DNA of 59,390 bases, counting the filler. It is 4 parts of 4 records of this genome, joined end to end, with 100 filler letters (N's around TTAATTAATTAA, not from the genome) between each part and the next. Parts side by side here need not be neighbours in the genome. Positions count along the whole stretch, not along the records: positions 26,656 to 43,233 come from SRR20825006_2819; 3 more parts are not named here. One strand, given 5' to 3'. Shown here piece by piece: positions 28,535-38,232 of the stretch. A program made the position numbers and the translations under genes. Within the stretch, counting starts at the first letter, position 1, and each line of letters starts with the position of its first letter. The notes beneath the pieces are model-generated. The model was not told the DNA's origin. It saw nothing but the letters and a program-made list of their open reading frames with translations, and made no database searches.

Positions 28535-31500
28535 ATGTCGATCACCGCCAGCATTTACCACCTGACCCATTATAAATACGACCGCCCCGTCACGCTGGGG
28601 CCGCAGATCATCCGGTTGCGCCCTGCGCCGCATTCGCGCACGCGGGTCATATCGCATGCGCTTTCGGTGTCGCCGGTCGAGCATTTCGTGAACCACCAAC
28701 AAGACCCCTACGGCAACTGGATGGCGCGGCTGGTCTTTCCCGAGCCTGTGCGCGAGTTCAAGATCGAGGTGGATCTGGTCGCGGATATGTCCGTCTATAA
28801 CCCCTTCGACTTTTTCGTCGAGGACAGCGCCAAGGATTTTCCATTTGCCTATGGCCCGGAGATTGCAGACGACCTGTCGATCTACCTGAAAACCGAGCCG
28901 CTGACGCCCAAGCTGGACGCGTTCCTGAAAACCGTATCGCGCGACAAGATGGTCACCATCGACTTTCTGGTCGGGTTGAACATGCGTCTGGCCAGTGAAA
29001 TCAATTATGAGATCCGCATGGAACCGGGCGTGCAGACGCCAGAGGTGACGCTGGACCGCGCGTCGGGTTCGTGCCGTGACAGCAGCTGGCTGCTGGTGCA
29101 GATCCTGCGCAACCTTGGCATCGCCGCGCGCTTTGTCTCGGGCTATCTGATCCAGTTGAAACCCGACCTGATCGCGCTGGACGGGCCTGCGGGCACGGAT
29201 CATGATTTTACCGACCTGCACGCCTGGGTCGAGGTCTATCTGCCCGGCGCGGGCTGGATCGGGCTGGACCCCACGTCGGGGCTGTTGGCGGGTGAAAGCC
29301 ATATCCCGCTGGCCGCGACGCCGCATTACGCCAACGCCGCCCCGATCACCGGTGTCGCCAGCTTTGCCGAAGTGGAATTCTCCTTCGACATGCAGGTCAA
29401 GCGCACGGCCGAACACCCGCGCATCACCAAACCGTTCTCGGACGCGTCATGGGATGCGCTGAACGCGCTGGGCCAGAAGATCGACAAACGGCTTGAGGCC
29501 GGCGACGTCAGGTTGACGATGGGCGGTGAACCGACCTTCGTGTCTATCGACGACTTTGAAAGCCCCGAGTGGAATTCCGACGCGGTCGGGCCGACCAAAC
29601 GGGTGCTGGCGGACAAGCTGATACGTCGTTTGCAGGACAAGCTTTCGAACGGCGGGCTGCTGCACTACGGGCAAGGCAAATGGTATCCGGGCGAGACGTT
29701 GCCGCGCTGGACGTTCTCGTTGTACTGGCGCAAGGACGGCAAACCGATCTGGAAGAACGCCGATCTGCTGGCCCGCGAGGACACCCAAGAGGATGTCGGC
29801 CCTGAGGATGCCAAGGCGCTGTTGGACAGCATTGCCCAACATCTGGCCGTGCCCCGTGAAAACGTATTGCCGGCTTTCGAGGACCCCGCCGACTGGATCA
29901 TCAAGGAAGCCAGCCTGCCGGAAAATGTGACACCGGAGAACAACAAGCTGAAAGACCCCGAGGAACGCACCCGCATCGCGCGGGTGTTTGAACGTGGGCT
30001 GACCACGCCTGCGGGCTATGTGCTGCCGGTGCAACGTTGGCAGGCGCGCGCTGAAAGCCGCTGGATGTCCGAAGTCTGGAACATGCGGCGCGGCAAGGTC
30101 TTTCTCGTCGCCGGTGACAGCCCCGTTGGCTACCGTCTGCCGCTGGGCACGCTGCCGCATATTCCCGAGGCCAGCTTTCCCTTTATCAACCCGCAGGACC
30201 CGATGGACGACCGCGCGCCGCTGGCCGATCCCGAAGACCTTGAGGCGCGTCCGCAGGCCGTCTCCCACCGCGTTGACGCCACCGCAGGGCAGACGGTTGT
30301 CGAGCAGACCATGGCCCGCGACGGTGACCTCAGCGGTGCCGTGCGCACGGCGATTTCTGTTGAACCGCGCGACGGACGTTTGTGCGTGTTCCTGCCCCCC
30401 GTCGAAACGCTGGAGGATTACCTTGAACTGATCGCAGCCACCGAAGCGGCGGCAAATGCGACCGGCCACAAGGTGCTGATCGAAGGCTACAGCCCGCCCA
30501 GCGATCCGCGCATCGAAGTGATCCGCGTGGCCCCCGATCCCGGTGTGCTTGAGGTGAACATTCACCCGGCGGCCAACTGGACCGAATGCGTCAACACCAC
30601 CGAGATCGTCTATGAAGAGGCGCGCCAGTGCCGTCTGGGGGCGGACAAGTTCATGATCGACGGACGCCACACCGGCACCGGCGGTGGCAACCATGTGGTT
30701 GTGGGCGGGGTCAAACCATCCGACAGCCCGTTCCTGCGCCGTCCTGATCTGCTGAAAAGCCTGATCCATTTCTGGCAGCGTCATCCCAGCCTGTCCTATC
30801 TGTTCTCGGGCACTTTTGTCGGTCCCACCTCTCAGGCTCCACGTATCGACGAGGCGCGCCATGACCAGTTGTATGAACTGGAAATCGCGCTGGACCAGAT
30901 CTGGCCGCCGGCCAAGGGCGATGTGCCGCCGCCGTGGCTGACCGACCGTCTGCTGCGCAACAGCCTGATCGACGTGACCGGCAACACCCACCGGACCGAG
31001 ATTTGCATCGACAAGCTCTATTCCCCCGACGGACCCACAGGGCGTCTGGGTCTGGTGGAGTTCCGCGGCTTCGAGATGCCGCCCAACCCGCGCATGAGCC
31101 TTGCGCAACAGGTGCTGATCCGCGCCATCATCGCGCGGTGCTGGGACAGTCCGATCAGCGGCAATCTGACCCGTTGGGGCACGCAGTTGCATGACCGCTT
31201 CATGCTGCCGGAATTCATCTGGGACGACTTTGTCGAAGTGCTGGACGACCTGCGCGCGCATGGCATGGCGCTGGACCCCATGTGGTTCGAGGCGCAGGCC
31301 GAGTTCCGCTTTCCGTTCTGCGGTGAGGTGACCTACGAGGGGATCACGCTGGAATTGCGTCAGGCGCTGGAGCCTTGGCACGTGCTGGGCGAAACCGGCG
31401 CAATCGGCGGCACCGTGCGCTATACCGACAGCTCGGTCGAGCGGTTGCAGGTCAAGCTGACAGGGGCCAACCCGGATCGTTACAGGGTCACTGCCAACAA

Positions 31501-31858
31501 ACGCGTGGTGCCGCTGGCCCAGACCAAGGCACCGCAGTCGCGCGTGGCCGCCGTGCGGTACAAGGCGTGGAAACCCGCGCAGTCGATGCATCCGGTTCTT
31601 GAGGTCGACGCGCCGCTGACCTTTGACATCTATGACACGTGGACCGGCCGGTCGCTGGGTGGTTGCCGTTATCACGTCGCACATCCGGGCGGGCGCAACT
31701 TTGACACCTTCCCCGTGAACGGAAACGAGGCCGAAGCGCGGCGGTTGTCGCGGTTCGAACCCTTGGGCCACACGACGGGGGCCTTTACCCCGCCGTCGGA
31801 AATACCGCACCCCGAATTCCCGTTCACGCTTGACCTGCGCAGACGCCCGGGGTTGTAG
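28535..31858 (+). CDS. Transglutaminase + DUF2126 (predicted COOH-NH2 ligase) fusion protein
   Basis: N-terminal [14 protein letters not shown], triad GSCRDS / LHAW / LDPT; C-terminal [55 protein letters not shown] before ATG 28535. Confidence 0.93.
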   Translation: MSITASIYHLTHYKYDRPVTLGPQIIRLRPAPHSRTRVISHALSVSPVEHFVNHQQDPYGNWMARLVFPEPVREFKIEVDLVADMSVYNPFDFFVEDSAKDFPFAYGPEIADDLSIYLKTEPLTPKLDAFLKTVSRDKMVTIDFLVGLNMRLASEINYEIRMEPGVQTPEVTLDRASGSCRDSSWLLVQILRNLGIAARFVSGYLIQLKPDLIALDGPAGTDHDFTDLHAWVEVYLPGAGWIGLDPTSGLLAGESHIPLAATPHYANAAPITGVASFAEVEFSFDMQVKRTAEHPRITKPFSDASWDALNALGQKIDKRLEAGDVRLTMGGEPTFVSIDDFESPEWNSDAVGPTKRVLADKLIRRLQDKLSNGGLLHYGQGKWYPGETLPRWTFSLYWRKDGKPIWKNADLLAREDTQEDVGPEDAKALLDSIAQHLAVPRENVLPAFEDPADWIIKEASLPENVTPENNKLKDPEERTRIARVFERGLTTPAGYVLPVQRWQARAESRWMSEVWNMRRGKVFLVAGDSPVGYRLPLGTLPHIPEASFPFINPQDPMDDRAPLADPEDLEARPQAVSHRVDATAGQTVVEQTMARDGDLSGAVRTAISVEPRDGRLCVFLPPVETLEDYLELIAATEAAANATGHKVLIEGYSPPSDPRIEVIRVAPDPGVLEVNIHPAANWTECVNTTEIVYEEARQCRLGADKFMIDGRHTGTGGGNHVVVGGVKPSDSPFLRRPDLLKSLIHFWQRHPSLSYLFSGTFVGPTSQAPRIDEARHDQLYELEIALDQIWPPAKGDVPPPWLTDRLLRNSLIDVTGNTHRTEICIDKLYSPDGPTGRLGLVEFRGFEMPPNPRMSLAQQVLIRAIIARCWDSPISGNLTRWGTQLHDRFMLPEFIWDDFVEVLDDLRAHGMALDPMWFEAQAEFRFPFCGEVTYEGITLELRQALEPWHVLGETGAIGGTVRYTDSSVERLQVKLTGANPDRYRVTANKRVVPLAQTKAPQSRVAAVRYKAWKPAQSMHPVLEVDAPLTFDIYDTWTGRSLGGCRYHVAHPGGRNFDTFPVNGNEAEARRLSRFEPLGHTTGAFTPPSEIPHPEFPFTLDLRRRPGL

Positions 31859-31868
31859 TCAGCCGGAT

Positions 31869-34274
31869 ATGGCAAGCGCGCACATCAACACTGGCACAGC
31901 GGGCAACGACCTGCTGGCCAACTACACCACACAGCCCGGCGTCCACGACGAGATGATCGGCGCGGACGGTGCGGTGAAACCTGCGTGGCGCGACCTGATG
32001 GATCACTTGGGCGGGCTCAGCCCCGAGGGGCTGGCGCATCGTTTTGCCCGTGGTGACCAGTATCTGCGCGAGGCGGGGGTGTTCTACCGCCAGTACGATG
32101 ACACGGTGTCGTCCGAACGGGAATGGCCGCTGAGCCATATTCCCGTGGTTCTGGGCGAAAGCGAATGGGCCGAGATCGGCGCAGGGTTGGTGCAGCGCGC
32201 CGACCTGCTGGAACATGTGATTCAGGATTTCTACGGGGCGAATGATCTGGTCCGCACGGGGCAGATTCCAGCAGCGCTTCTTGGTCAGAACCCGGCATGG
32301 CTACGGCCGATGATGGGCGCGCATCCCAAATCCGAACCTTTCCTGAATTTCCTGTCCTTTGAAATCGGGCGTGGCCCCGACGGCAAATGGTGGGTGATCA
32401 GCGATCTTGTGGAATCGCCCACCACCACCGGCTTTGCCATCGAAAACCGCGTGGCGCTGACACGGGTGTTCCCGAACTTTTTCAGCAATGCCAACGTCCA
32501 CCGCATCGCGGGATTTTTCCAGGCGATCCAGCAACGCCTGTTCGATCTTCGGGGCAAGGGGACGGGGCAGATTGCCATGCTCAGCCCCGGACCGATGCAC
32601 CAGCACTATGCCGAACACGCCTATCTGGCGCGGTATCTGGGCCTGTTGCTGGTCGAGGGTGAGGATCTGATCGTCACGGACGGGCAGGCGATGGTGCGCA
32701 CGGTGTCGGGGCCAAAACCGCTCAGCCTGCTGTGGAACCGTGTGCCTGCGGTGATGATCGACCCGCTGGAACTGGACGCTGGATCGCTGATCGGTACGCC
32801 GGGCCTTTTGGACGCCTTGCGCCGCCGCAGGCTGCGCACGTTGAACGCCGAAGGGTCGGGGGTTCTGGAAACCCGCGCGCTGATGGCGTTCCTGCCCAAG
32901 ATTGCGCGGCAACATCTGGGCCAGCCGCTGATCATGCCCAATATTGCGACGTGGTGGTGCGGACATGCCGCCGAGCGGGACCATGTGATCAGACATTGCG
33001 AACAGATGATGGTGGGTTCGGCCTTTTCCACCGTGCCGTTGATGGCGGATCCGGGCACCTTTGTGTTCGATGCAGACAAACAAGGCAGCTTTCCAGACCA
33101 TGTGACGAAGCTGCTGCAAACCTCGGGCCGCGAACTGGTGGGACAGGAGACGGTGACGCTTTCGACCACGCCTGTCTATGAAAACGGTCGTTTGGTGGCG
33201 CGGCCGATGTGTCTGCGCGTGTTTCTGGTGCGCACCGCGGGCGGTTGGCAGATGATGCACGGCGGCTATGCCCGTGTCAGCGGCGGCAATGATCCCAAGG
33301 CGCTGGCGATGCAGCGCGGTGGCCAGGTGGCCGATGTGTGGGTGGTCTCGGACAGGCCGGTGCCGCAGACCAGCCTGCTGACGCCCACAGCGGATGCACC
33401 CACACGGGCGTTCTCCGAGGCGGCGCTGCCCTCGCGCGCGGCCGACAATCTGTTCTGGGTGGGCCGCAACGTCGAGCGTGCCGAATTCAACGTCCGTCTG
33501 TTCCGCGCCTATTTCGCCCGCATCAGCGATGGGGTCAGCCCCGATGCGCCAATCCTGCGCTATATCCGCAAGCGTCTGATGTATGACGTCAGCGCAGACG
33601 TGGCAAAGATCGCCGAGCGGTTCGAGACACCACTGTATCAGGGGCTGCACGCCGCGACCAAGATCGGCGACCGCTTTTCCCCCGACGGGATGAAGGCGCT
33701 CAAGGACATCGTGCAGGATGTGGACCGCCTGCGTGATACCAAAGTCGAGCCGGACGAAATTCTGTCGGAGATCAGCCTGCTTTTGCGCAAGATCACCGGT
33801 TTCAGCGGGCTGGTGCACGAGAATATGTACCGCTCGCATGGCTGGCGTTTCCTCAGCCTTGGCACGTCGCTGGAACGTGCGGCGGGCATGGTGCGGGTCT
33901 TGCGCGAACTGGGCCGCGCGGACGCCCCCGACGGCGCGCTTAATCTGGCGCTGGAGCTGGGGGACAGCATCGTGTCGCACCGCGCGCGGTTCTCGGTGGT
34001 GGCGGACAGGGCGTCGGTGTTTCACATGCTGGCGCTGGATGGGAACAACCCGCGTTCGATCCGCTTTCACGTCAGCCGCGCCAACCAGCAGATCAAGGAA
34101 TTGCCGGGACAGACCGGCGGTGCTGTGCTGGGGGCCGTGGCACAGCGTGTTCTGTTGCTGGAAACCCAACTGGCCACCGTCAGCACGGACAAGCTGACGG
34201 AAGCGGTGTTTGACCAGATCGAAGCAGAGCTGTGGGCACTGTCCGACGCGCTGACCGAAACCTATCTGGTGTAG
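31869..34274 (+). CDS. Circularly permuted type-2 ATP-grasp fused to an alpha-E (DUF403) domain
   Basis: DEM...G.V...W, GL.QRA.LL....D.YG, AIENR, LSPGP....Y.EHAYLARYLG..LVEG.DL, GGYAR, DVWV; then LPSRAADNLFWVGRNVERAE and ENMYR..GWRFL.LG..LERA, NPRSI. Confidence 0.92.
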   Translation: MASAHINTGTAGNDLLANYTTQPGVHDEMIGADGAVKPAWRDLMDHLGGLSPEGLAHRFARGDQYLREAGVFYRQYDDTVSSEREWPLSHIPVVLGESEWAEIGAGLVQRADLLEHVIQDFYGANDLVRTGQIPAALLGQNPAWLRPMMGAHPKSEPFLNFLSFEIGRGPDGKWWVISDLVESPTTTGFAIENRVALTRVFPNFFSNANVHRIAGFFQAIQQRLFDLRGKGTGQIAMLSPGPMHQHYAEHAYLARYLGLLLVEGEDLIVTDGQAMVRTVSGPKPLSLLWNRVPAVMIDPLELDAGSLIGTPGLLDALRRRRLRTLNAEGSGVLETRALMAFLPKIARQHLGQPLIMPNIATWWCGHAAERDHVIRHCEQMMVGSAFSTVPLMADPGTFVFDADKQGSFPDHVTKLLQTSGRELVGQETVTLSTTPVYENGRLVARPMCLRVFLVRTAGGWQMMHGGYARVSGGNDPKALAMQRGGQVADVWVVSDRPVPQTSLLTPTADAPTRAFSEAALPSRAADNLFWVGRNVERAEFNVRLFRAYFARISDGVSPDAPILRYIRKRLMYDVSADVAKIAERFETPLYQGLHAATKIGDRFSPDGMKALKDIVQDVDRLRDTKVEPDEILSEISLLLRKITGFSGLVHENMYRSHGWRFLSLGTSLERAAGMVRVLRELGRADAPDGALNLALELGDSIVSHRARFSVVADRASVFHMLALDGNNPRSIRFHVSRANQQIKELPGQTGGAVLGAVAQRVLLLETQLATVSTDKLTEAVFDQIEAELWALSDALTETYLV

Positions 34275-34276
34275 CC

Positions 34277-35155
34277 ATGGAATATGACATCCGTCTGGTG
34301 CTGACCCACACCTATCATCTGCCCGCTGGCAACGGGCGGCACGTGGTCCGCGTGGTGCCGCGCGCGCTGGGGCAGCGGCAGCAATTGAAACTCTCGATGC
34401 TGACGATCACACCGCAACCGTCCGAGCAATTCGACAGCGTGGATTTTTTCGGCAACCAGACCACCACCTTTGTCCACGCGGATGTGCACAGCAAAATGGT
34501 GATCTCGATGGCGTGCCGGGTCGCGGTCCAACAGCCCGCGCCCTTGCTGGACTTTCCTCTGGACGCGGAGCAATTGGCAGTTGAGCTGTCGGACCTGCGC
34601 GACATGGGGCCGCTGTCGCCAACGCATTTCCTGGGGCCGTCCCCGCGTCTGAAGGCAAACTCGGAAATCTCGGCCTTTGCCCGTGACATCCGCCGCGCGC
34701 GCGACAGCGTGGCCGCCACGGTCATGCGGCTGGGCGAGGCGTTGCACGGTGTCATGACCTTTGACGCGACGGCCACCACCGTGGACACGAATCCGGTCGA
34801 TGCCTTCAAGCTCAGGCGCGGGGTCTGTCAGGACTACAGCCACATCATGATCCTTGCCCTGCGATCGCTGGGCATTCCCGCAGGCTATGTCAGCGGCTAC
34901 CTGCGCACGATCCCGCCCAAGGGCGCGCCACGCTTGGAGGGGGCCGATGCGATGCACGCCTGGGTCAAGGCATGGTGCGGTGCCGCGCTGGGCTGGGTGG
35001 AATACGACCCGACCAATTGCTGCGTCGTGGGCACGGATCATATCGTTGTGGGATACGGGCGCGATTACGCTGATGTCAGCCCCGACATCGGGCATTTGCG
35101 TTCGGCAGGGAACCAGACCACCGCGCAATCGGTTGACGTCAAGGTGGTGGCCTGA
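34277..35155 (+). CDS. Transglutaminase family protein (Bact_transglu_N + core)
   Basis: DFFGN, GVCQDYSH, GIPAGYVSGYL, GADAMHAWV, YDPTN, GRDYADVSP. Confidence 0.95.
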   Translation: MEYDIRLVLTHTYHLPAGNGRHVVRVVPRALGQRQQLKLSMLTITPQPSEQFDSVDFFGNQTTTFVHADVHSKMVISMACRVAVQQPAPLLDFPLDAEQLAVELSDLRDMGPLSPTHFLGPSPRLKANSEISAFARDIRRARDSVAATVMRLGEALHGVMTFDATATTVDTNPVDAFKLRRGVCQDYSHIMILALRSLGIPAGYVSGYLRTIPPKGAPRLEGADAMHAWVKAWCGAALGWVEYDPTNCCVVGTDHIVVGYGRDYADVSPDIGHLRSAGNQTTAQSVDVKVVA

Positions 35156-35232
35156 GCATCGTCTCGCGCCTCTTGGCATGTCACAAAGGCATGACCTTCC
35201 CACGACTGCCCTTATGAACGGATACTGACGCA

Positions 35233-36210
35233 ATGCGCATCTATGCCTGCCCAAGCTGCAAGGCGACGGCCTATTTCTGGAACCAGCGGTGTATCTGCGG
35301 CAATACTCTGGTCTATGATCCCGAAGGTGACGGCTTTGTTCCGGGCGCGAAAACCTGTGCCAACCGGGCGCAGATCGGGTGCAACTGGGTGGCCGAGCAG
35401 ACCGACACAGGCCTGTGCCGGTCCTGTGCCATGACCGAGGTCGTGCCCGACATCAGACAGGGGGACAACCTGGCCCTGTGGTCCCGGGCCGAGGCGTCGA
35501 AACGCTGGGTGCTGGCGACGCTGGGCCGGTGGGGGTGGTTCACCGATGCCGATACCGGACCGAACCCGCGGTTCCACCTGCTGTCGGAAGACACCGCCAA
35601 GGGCCATACGAATATCATCATGGGGCATCAGAATGGCTTGGTCACCATCAACCTTGCCGAAGCGGACCCCATCGAGGAGGTTCGCCGACGCGAGGCGCTG
35701 AGCGAGCGGTTGCGGACCATGACCGCCCACTTTCGCCACGAGATTGCGCATTTCCTGTTCGAACGTCTGGCCGCTGCGCGCCCCGATTTCGTAGGGCAAT
35801 TCACGCGTATCTTTGGTGATCCGCAGGCCGACTATGGCGCAGCGTTAAAGCGTCACTATGCCAACGGCGCGCCCGCTGACTGGGTGGACCGTTTCATCAC
35901 GCCCTATGCCTCGGCACACGCCCATGAGGATTGGGCGGAAACCTCGGCGCATGTGATGCACCTGACCGACATGCTGGACAGTGCGGTCGAGGCGGGGCTG
36001 ACCCTGCCGGTGCTGAACAACCTGAAATACGACGCCTATGCGGAGACCAACGCGACGGCGCTGATCGAAACGGCAGGGGCTTATGGCTTGGCGCTGAACC
36101 ATGTGAACCGGTCTATCGGTCACGACGACATCTATCCCTTTGTGCACAGCCGCACGGTGCAGGACAAACTGGCAGCGGCGCATGGTTTGCTGAGCGGGGT
36201 CGCGATCTAA
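35233..36210 (+). CDS. Zinc-ribbon + putative zinc metallopeptidase (DUF2248-type)
   Basis: CPSC..CIC, CAN....CNW..LCRSC; GH.NGLVTINLAEAD, RHEIAH (HExxH), YASAHAHEDWAET, YPF. Confidence 0.9.
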   Translation: MRIYACPSCKATAYFWNQRCICGNTLVYDPEGDGFVPGAKTCANRAQIGCNWVAEQTDTGLCRSCAMTEVVPDIRQGDNLALWSRAEASKRWVLATLGRWGWFTDADTGPNPRFHLLSEDTAKGHTNIIMGHQNGLVTINLAEADPIEEVRRREALSERLRTMTAHFRHEIAHFLFERLAAARPDFVGQFTRIFGDPQADYGAALKRHYANGAPADWVDRFITPYASAHAHEDWAETSAHVMHLTDMLDSAVEAGLTLPVLNNLKYDAYAETNATALIETAGAYGLALNHVNRSIGHDDIYPFVHSRTVQDKLAAAHGLLSGVAI

Positions 36211-37271
36211 GTCAGGGGTGCAATCTCGATCAGGTGGTTGTCATAGGCCAGCTGCGCGGTCTGCATCAGGCGCGTGGCGCTGTCGGCATGGATCACACGG
36301 CCCAGCCCGGTCGTTGCCAGCAACCCGTCCTTGGCCGCCACCACGCCACAGACGTCCTGTTCCGCCAGCCGCTGCACCAGCGCGCCGCTGTCCACGTCGA
36401 AGACTTCCAACGTGCCGCCGCGCGGCGAGGTGATCGCCACCTGCGCGCCATTGCCGGAAAAGGCGATGCTGCCGACGTAACCTTCCAGAGCCGAGGCATC
36501 GCCAAGCAGGCGCAGCGGTTCGCCGCGCCGGTGCAGGCCCACCAGCGCGGGCGACCGCGCCACATCGCCCTGCCATTGCATCCCCACGGCCACCAGCCCG
36601 TCCGCGCGCACCGCCAGATGGCGGGTCGATGCGTGATGGTGGGGTGGTTCGACCATATCCAGCAGATCGCCCTCTTCGGTCAGATAGGCCAGATTGGGCC
36701 GCATCGTGGGCAGGTTCAGCTTCAGCCGCCCGCTGTCGGGATGGGTGTCGATGCCGCCGTTGGCCACGACAAAGCCGCCTTGGGGCAGCAGCTTCATGTC
36801 ATGCGGGCCGATCCCGCCCGAGGCAAACTCGCCAATGCGGGTATATCCCGCGGCCACGTCCCAGACGCCAATGCGCCCCTGACCTGCGTCATAGTCGTTT
36901 TCGGTGGTGAATAGATACTGACCCGATGCGTCAAAGCTGCCGTGCCCATAGAAATGCCGCCCCTCGGGACTGTCCAGTCGCGCCAGCACCGCACCATCGC
37001 GACAATCCAGCACCAGCGCAAAGCGCCCCGGCCTGCGGGCAAAGGCCACGGCGACAGGCTGGGTCGGGTGGGCAGCGGCGGCATGGCCACGGGCGGGCAG
37101 GGGAATGCGGAACCTTTCGGCCCCCTGACGGTCCAACCCGGTCAGCACATAGCTTTCATCCTGCAGGCGTGCGGCGGACAGATAGGCTGGGCTGCCCGCA
37201 TCGGCCCATGTCGGCACAGGGGCCAGCCCCGAGGCCAGAAGCCCCGCCAGGAATTGACGCCGGTTGGCCAT
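36207..37271 (-). CDS. DUF1513 family Tat-exported beta-propeller-like protein
   Basis: NRRQFLAG, LPARGH, AFARRPG, RHFYGHG, TTEND, GIGPH, NGGI.THPD.GR.KLN..TM.P.L, STRHL, YVGSI, DNH. Confidence 0.92.
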   Translation of the reverse strand: MANRRQFLAGLLASGLAPVPTWADAGSPAYLSAARLQDESYVLTGLDRQGAERFRIPLPARGHAAAAHPTQPVAVAFARRPGRFALVLDCRDGAVLARLDSPEGRHFYGHGSFDASGQYLFTTENDYDAGQGRIGVWDVAAGYTRIGEFASGGIGPHDMKLLPQGGFVVANGGIDTHPDSGRLKLNLPTMRPNLAYLTEEGDLLDMVEPPHHHASTRHLAVRADGLVAVGMQWQGDVARSPALVGLHRRGEPLRLLGDASALEGYVGSIAFSGNGAQVAITSPRGGTLEVFDVDSGALVQRLAEQDVCGVVAAKDGLLATTGLGRVIHADSATRLMQTAQLAYDNHLIEIAPLT

Positions 37272-37272
37272 A

Positions 37273-38232
37273 TCAATCTCCGTCCAGGGAATTAAAGCCC
37301 GCGCTGACGCCCAGTTGCGGCCCCAGTTTCATGGCCAGCAGGTCGCGGATGCTGTCGATGTTCTGTTGCAACACTTCAAGTTTCAGCCGGTTCTGCGGTT
37401 CATCAACCAGACTGAAATCCGCACCGCCCTCGATCTGCGCAATCTCGTCGGCGCGCGCCAATGCCTTGTCAAATGCCGCGTCGATCTCGGTGGTCAGTTC
37501 GGGATCTTCGGAGGCCAACGCGCGGGCCAGCTGTTGCAGGCTGGTCAGCGACACCACCACATTGTTCAGCGACCGGCCCGACCGGCGCATCTCGGCGCGG
37601 GTGGCGCGGGGGTGGTCAAAGGTGCCCAAGGGGCGGCCAATGCGGGTGTCCGAGGTGAACTCAAGCCCGGTTTGCAGGGACTTGTACAGCTCTTGCAAAG
37701 CTTCGGTTTCGGACTGGTAGGTCGCATTCGTCGGATCGCGCAGCAGGTCGGCGTAGCGGTCGTTCCAGTCTTGGGCGATGGCCGTCGCCGTGTCGTTCGC
37801 ATCTGCCGCAAGTGCCTGCACCAGCGCGCAGCGCGCGTCGCTGGCGGGATAGGCGGGATCGAACAACAGGAACTCCATCGCATAGAACCCGCGCCCCGCG
37901 ACCGATGCGTCGGCCACCGCTGGGGCATTTTCGCCCAGCAGGGTGTTCAGCGCCTTGGGCGTGGCGCCACGTGGGTCGGGCCAATAGGCCAGCGCAAAAC
38001 CGCGATTGTTCACTTCCGTCGGGCCAAAGCGTAGGTGCGACACCGCCTGCCAGGCGTCCGACGCCTGCGCCCATGCCGCGACAGGCGCGCAATCGTCCGA
38101 GGCGGCAAGGGCCGCAGTGCTGTCTGTCAGATGGGCGAAGGCGGGCAAAATATGTTGATCAAGCGCTGCATCCACGCGGTCGTCGGCCATCGCTGACAGG
38201 GGGAGCAGGGCAAAAAGGATGGCAAGACGCAT
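37273..38232 (-). CDS. Imelysin (peptidase M75-like) family protein
   Basis: Signal peptide; LRFGP, YWPD.RG, RGFYAMEFLL, RPLG, AE.RRSGRSL, LGV..GFNSLDGD C-terminus. Confidence 0.92.
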   Translation of the reverse strand: MRLAILFALLPLSAMADDRVDAALDQHILPAFAHLTDSTAALAASDDCAPVAAWAQASDAWQAVSHLRFGPTEVNNRGFALAYWPDPRGATPKALNTLLGENAPAVADASVAGRGFYAMEFLLFDPAYPASDARCALVQALAADANDTATAIAQDWNDRYADLLRDPTNATYQSETEALQELYKSLQTGLEFTSDTRIGRPLGTFDHPRATRAEMRRSGRSLNNVVVSLTSLQQLARALASEDPELTTEIDAAFDKALARADEIAQIEGGADFSLVDEPQNRLKLEVLQQNIDSIRDLLAMKLGPQLGVSAGFNSLDGD

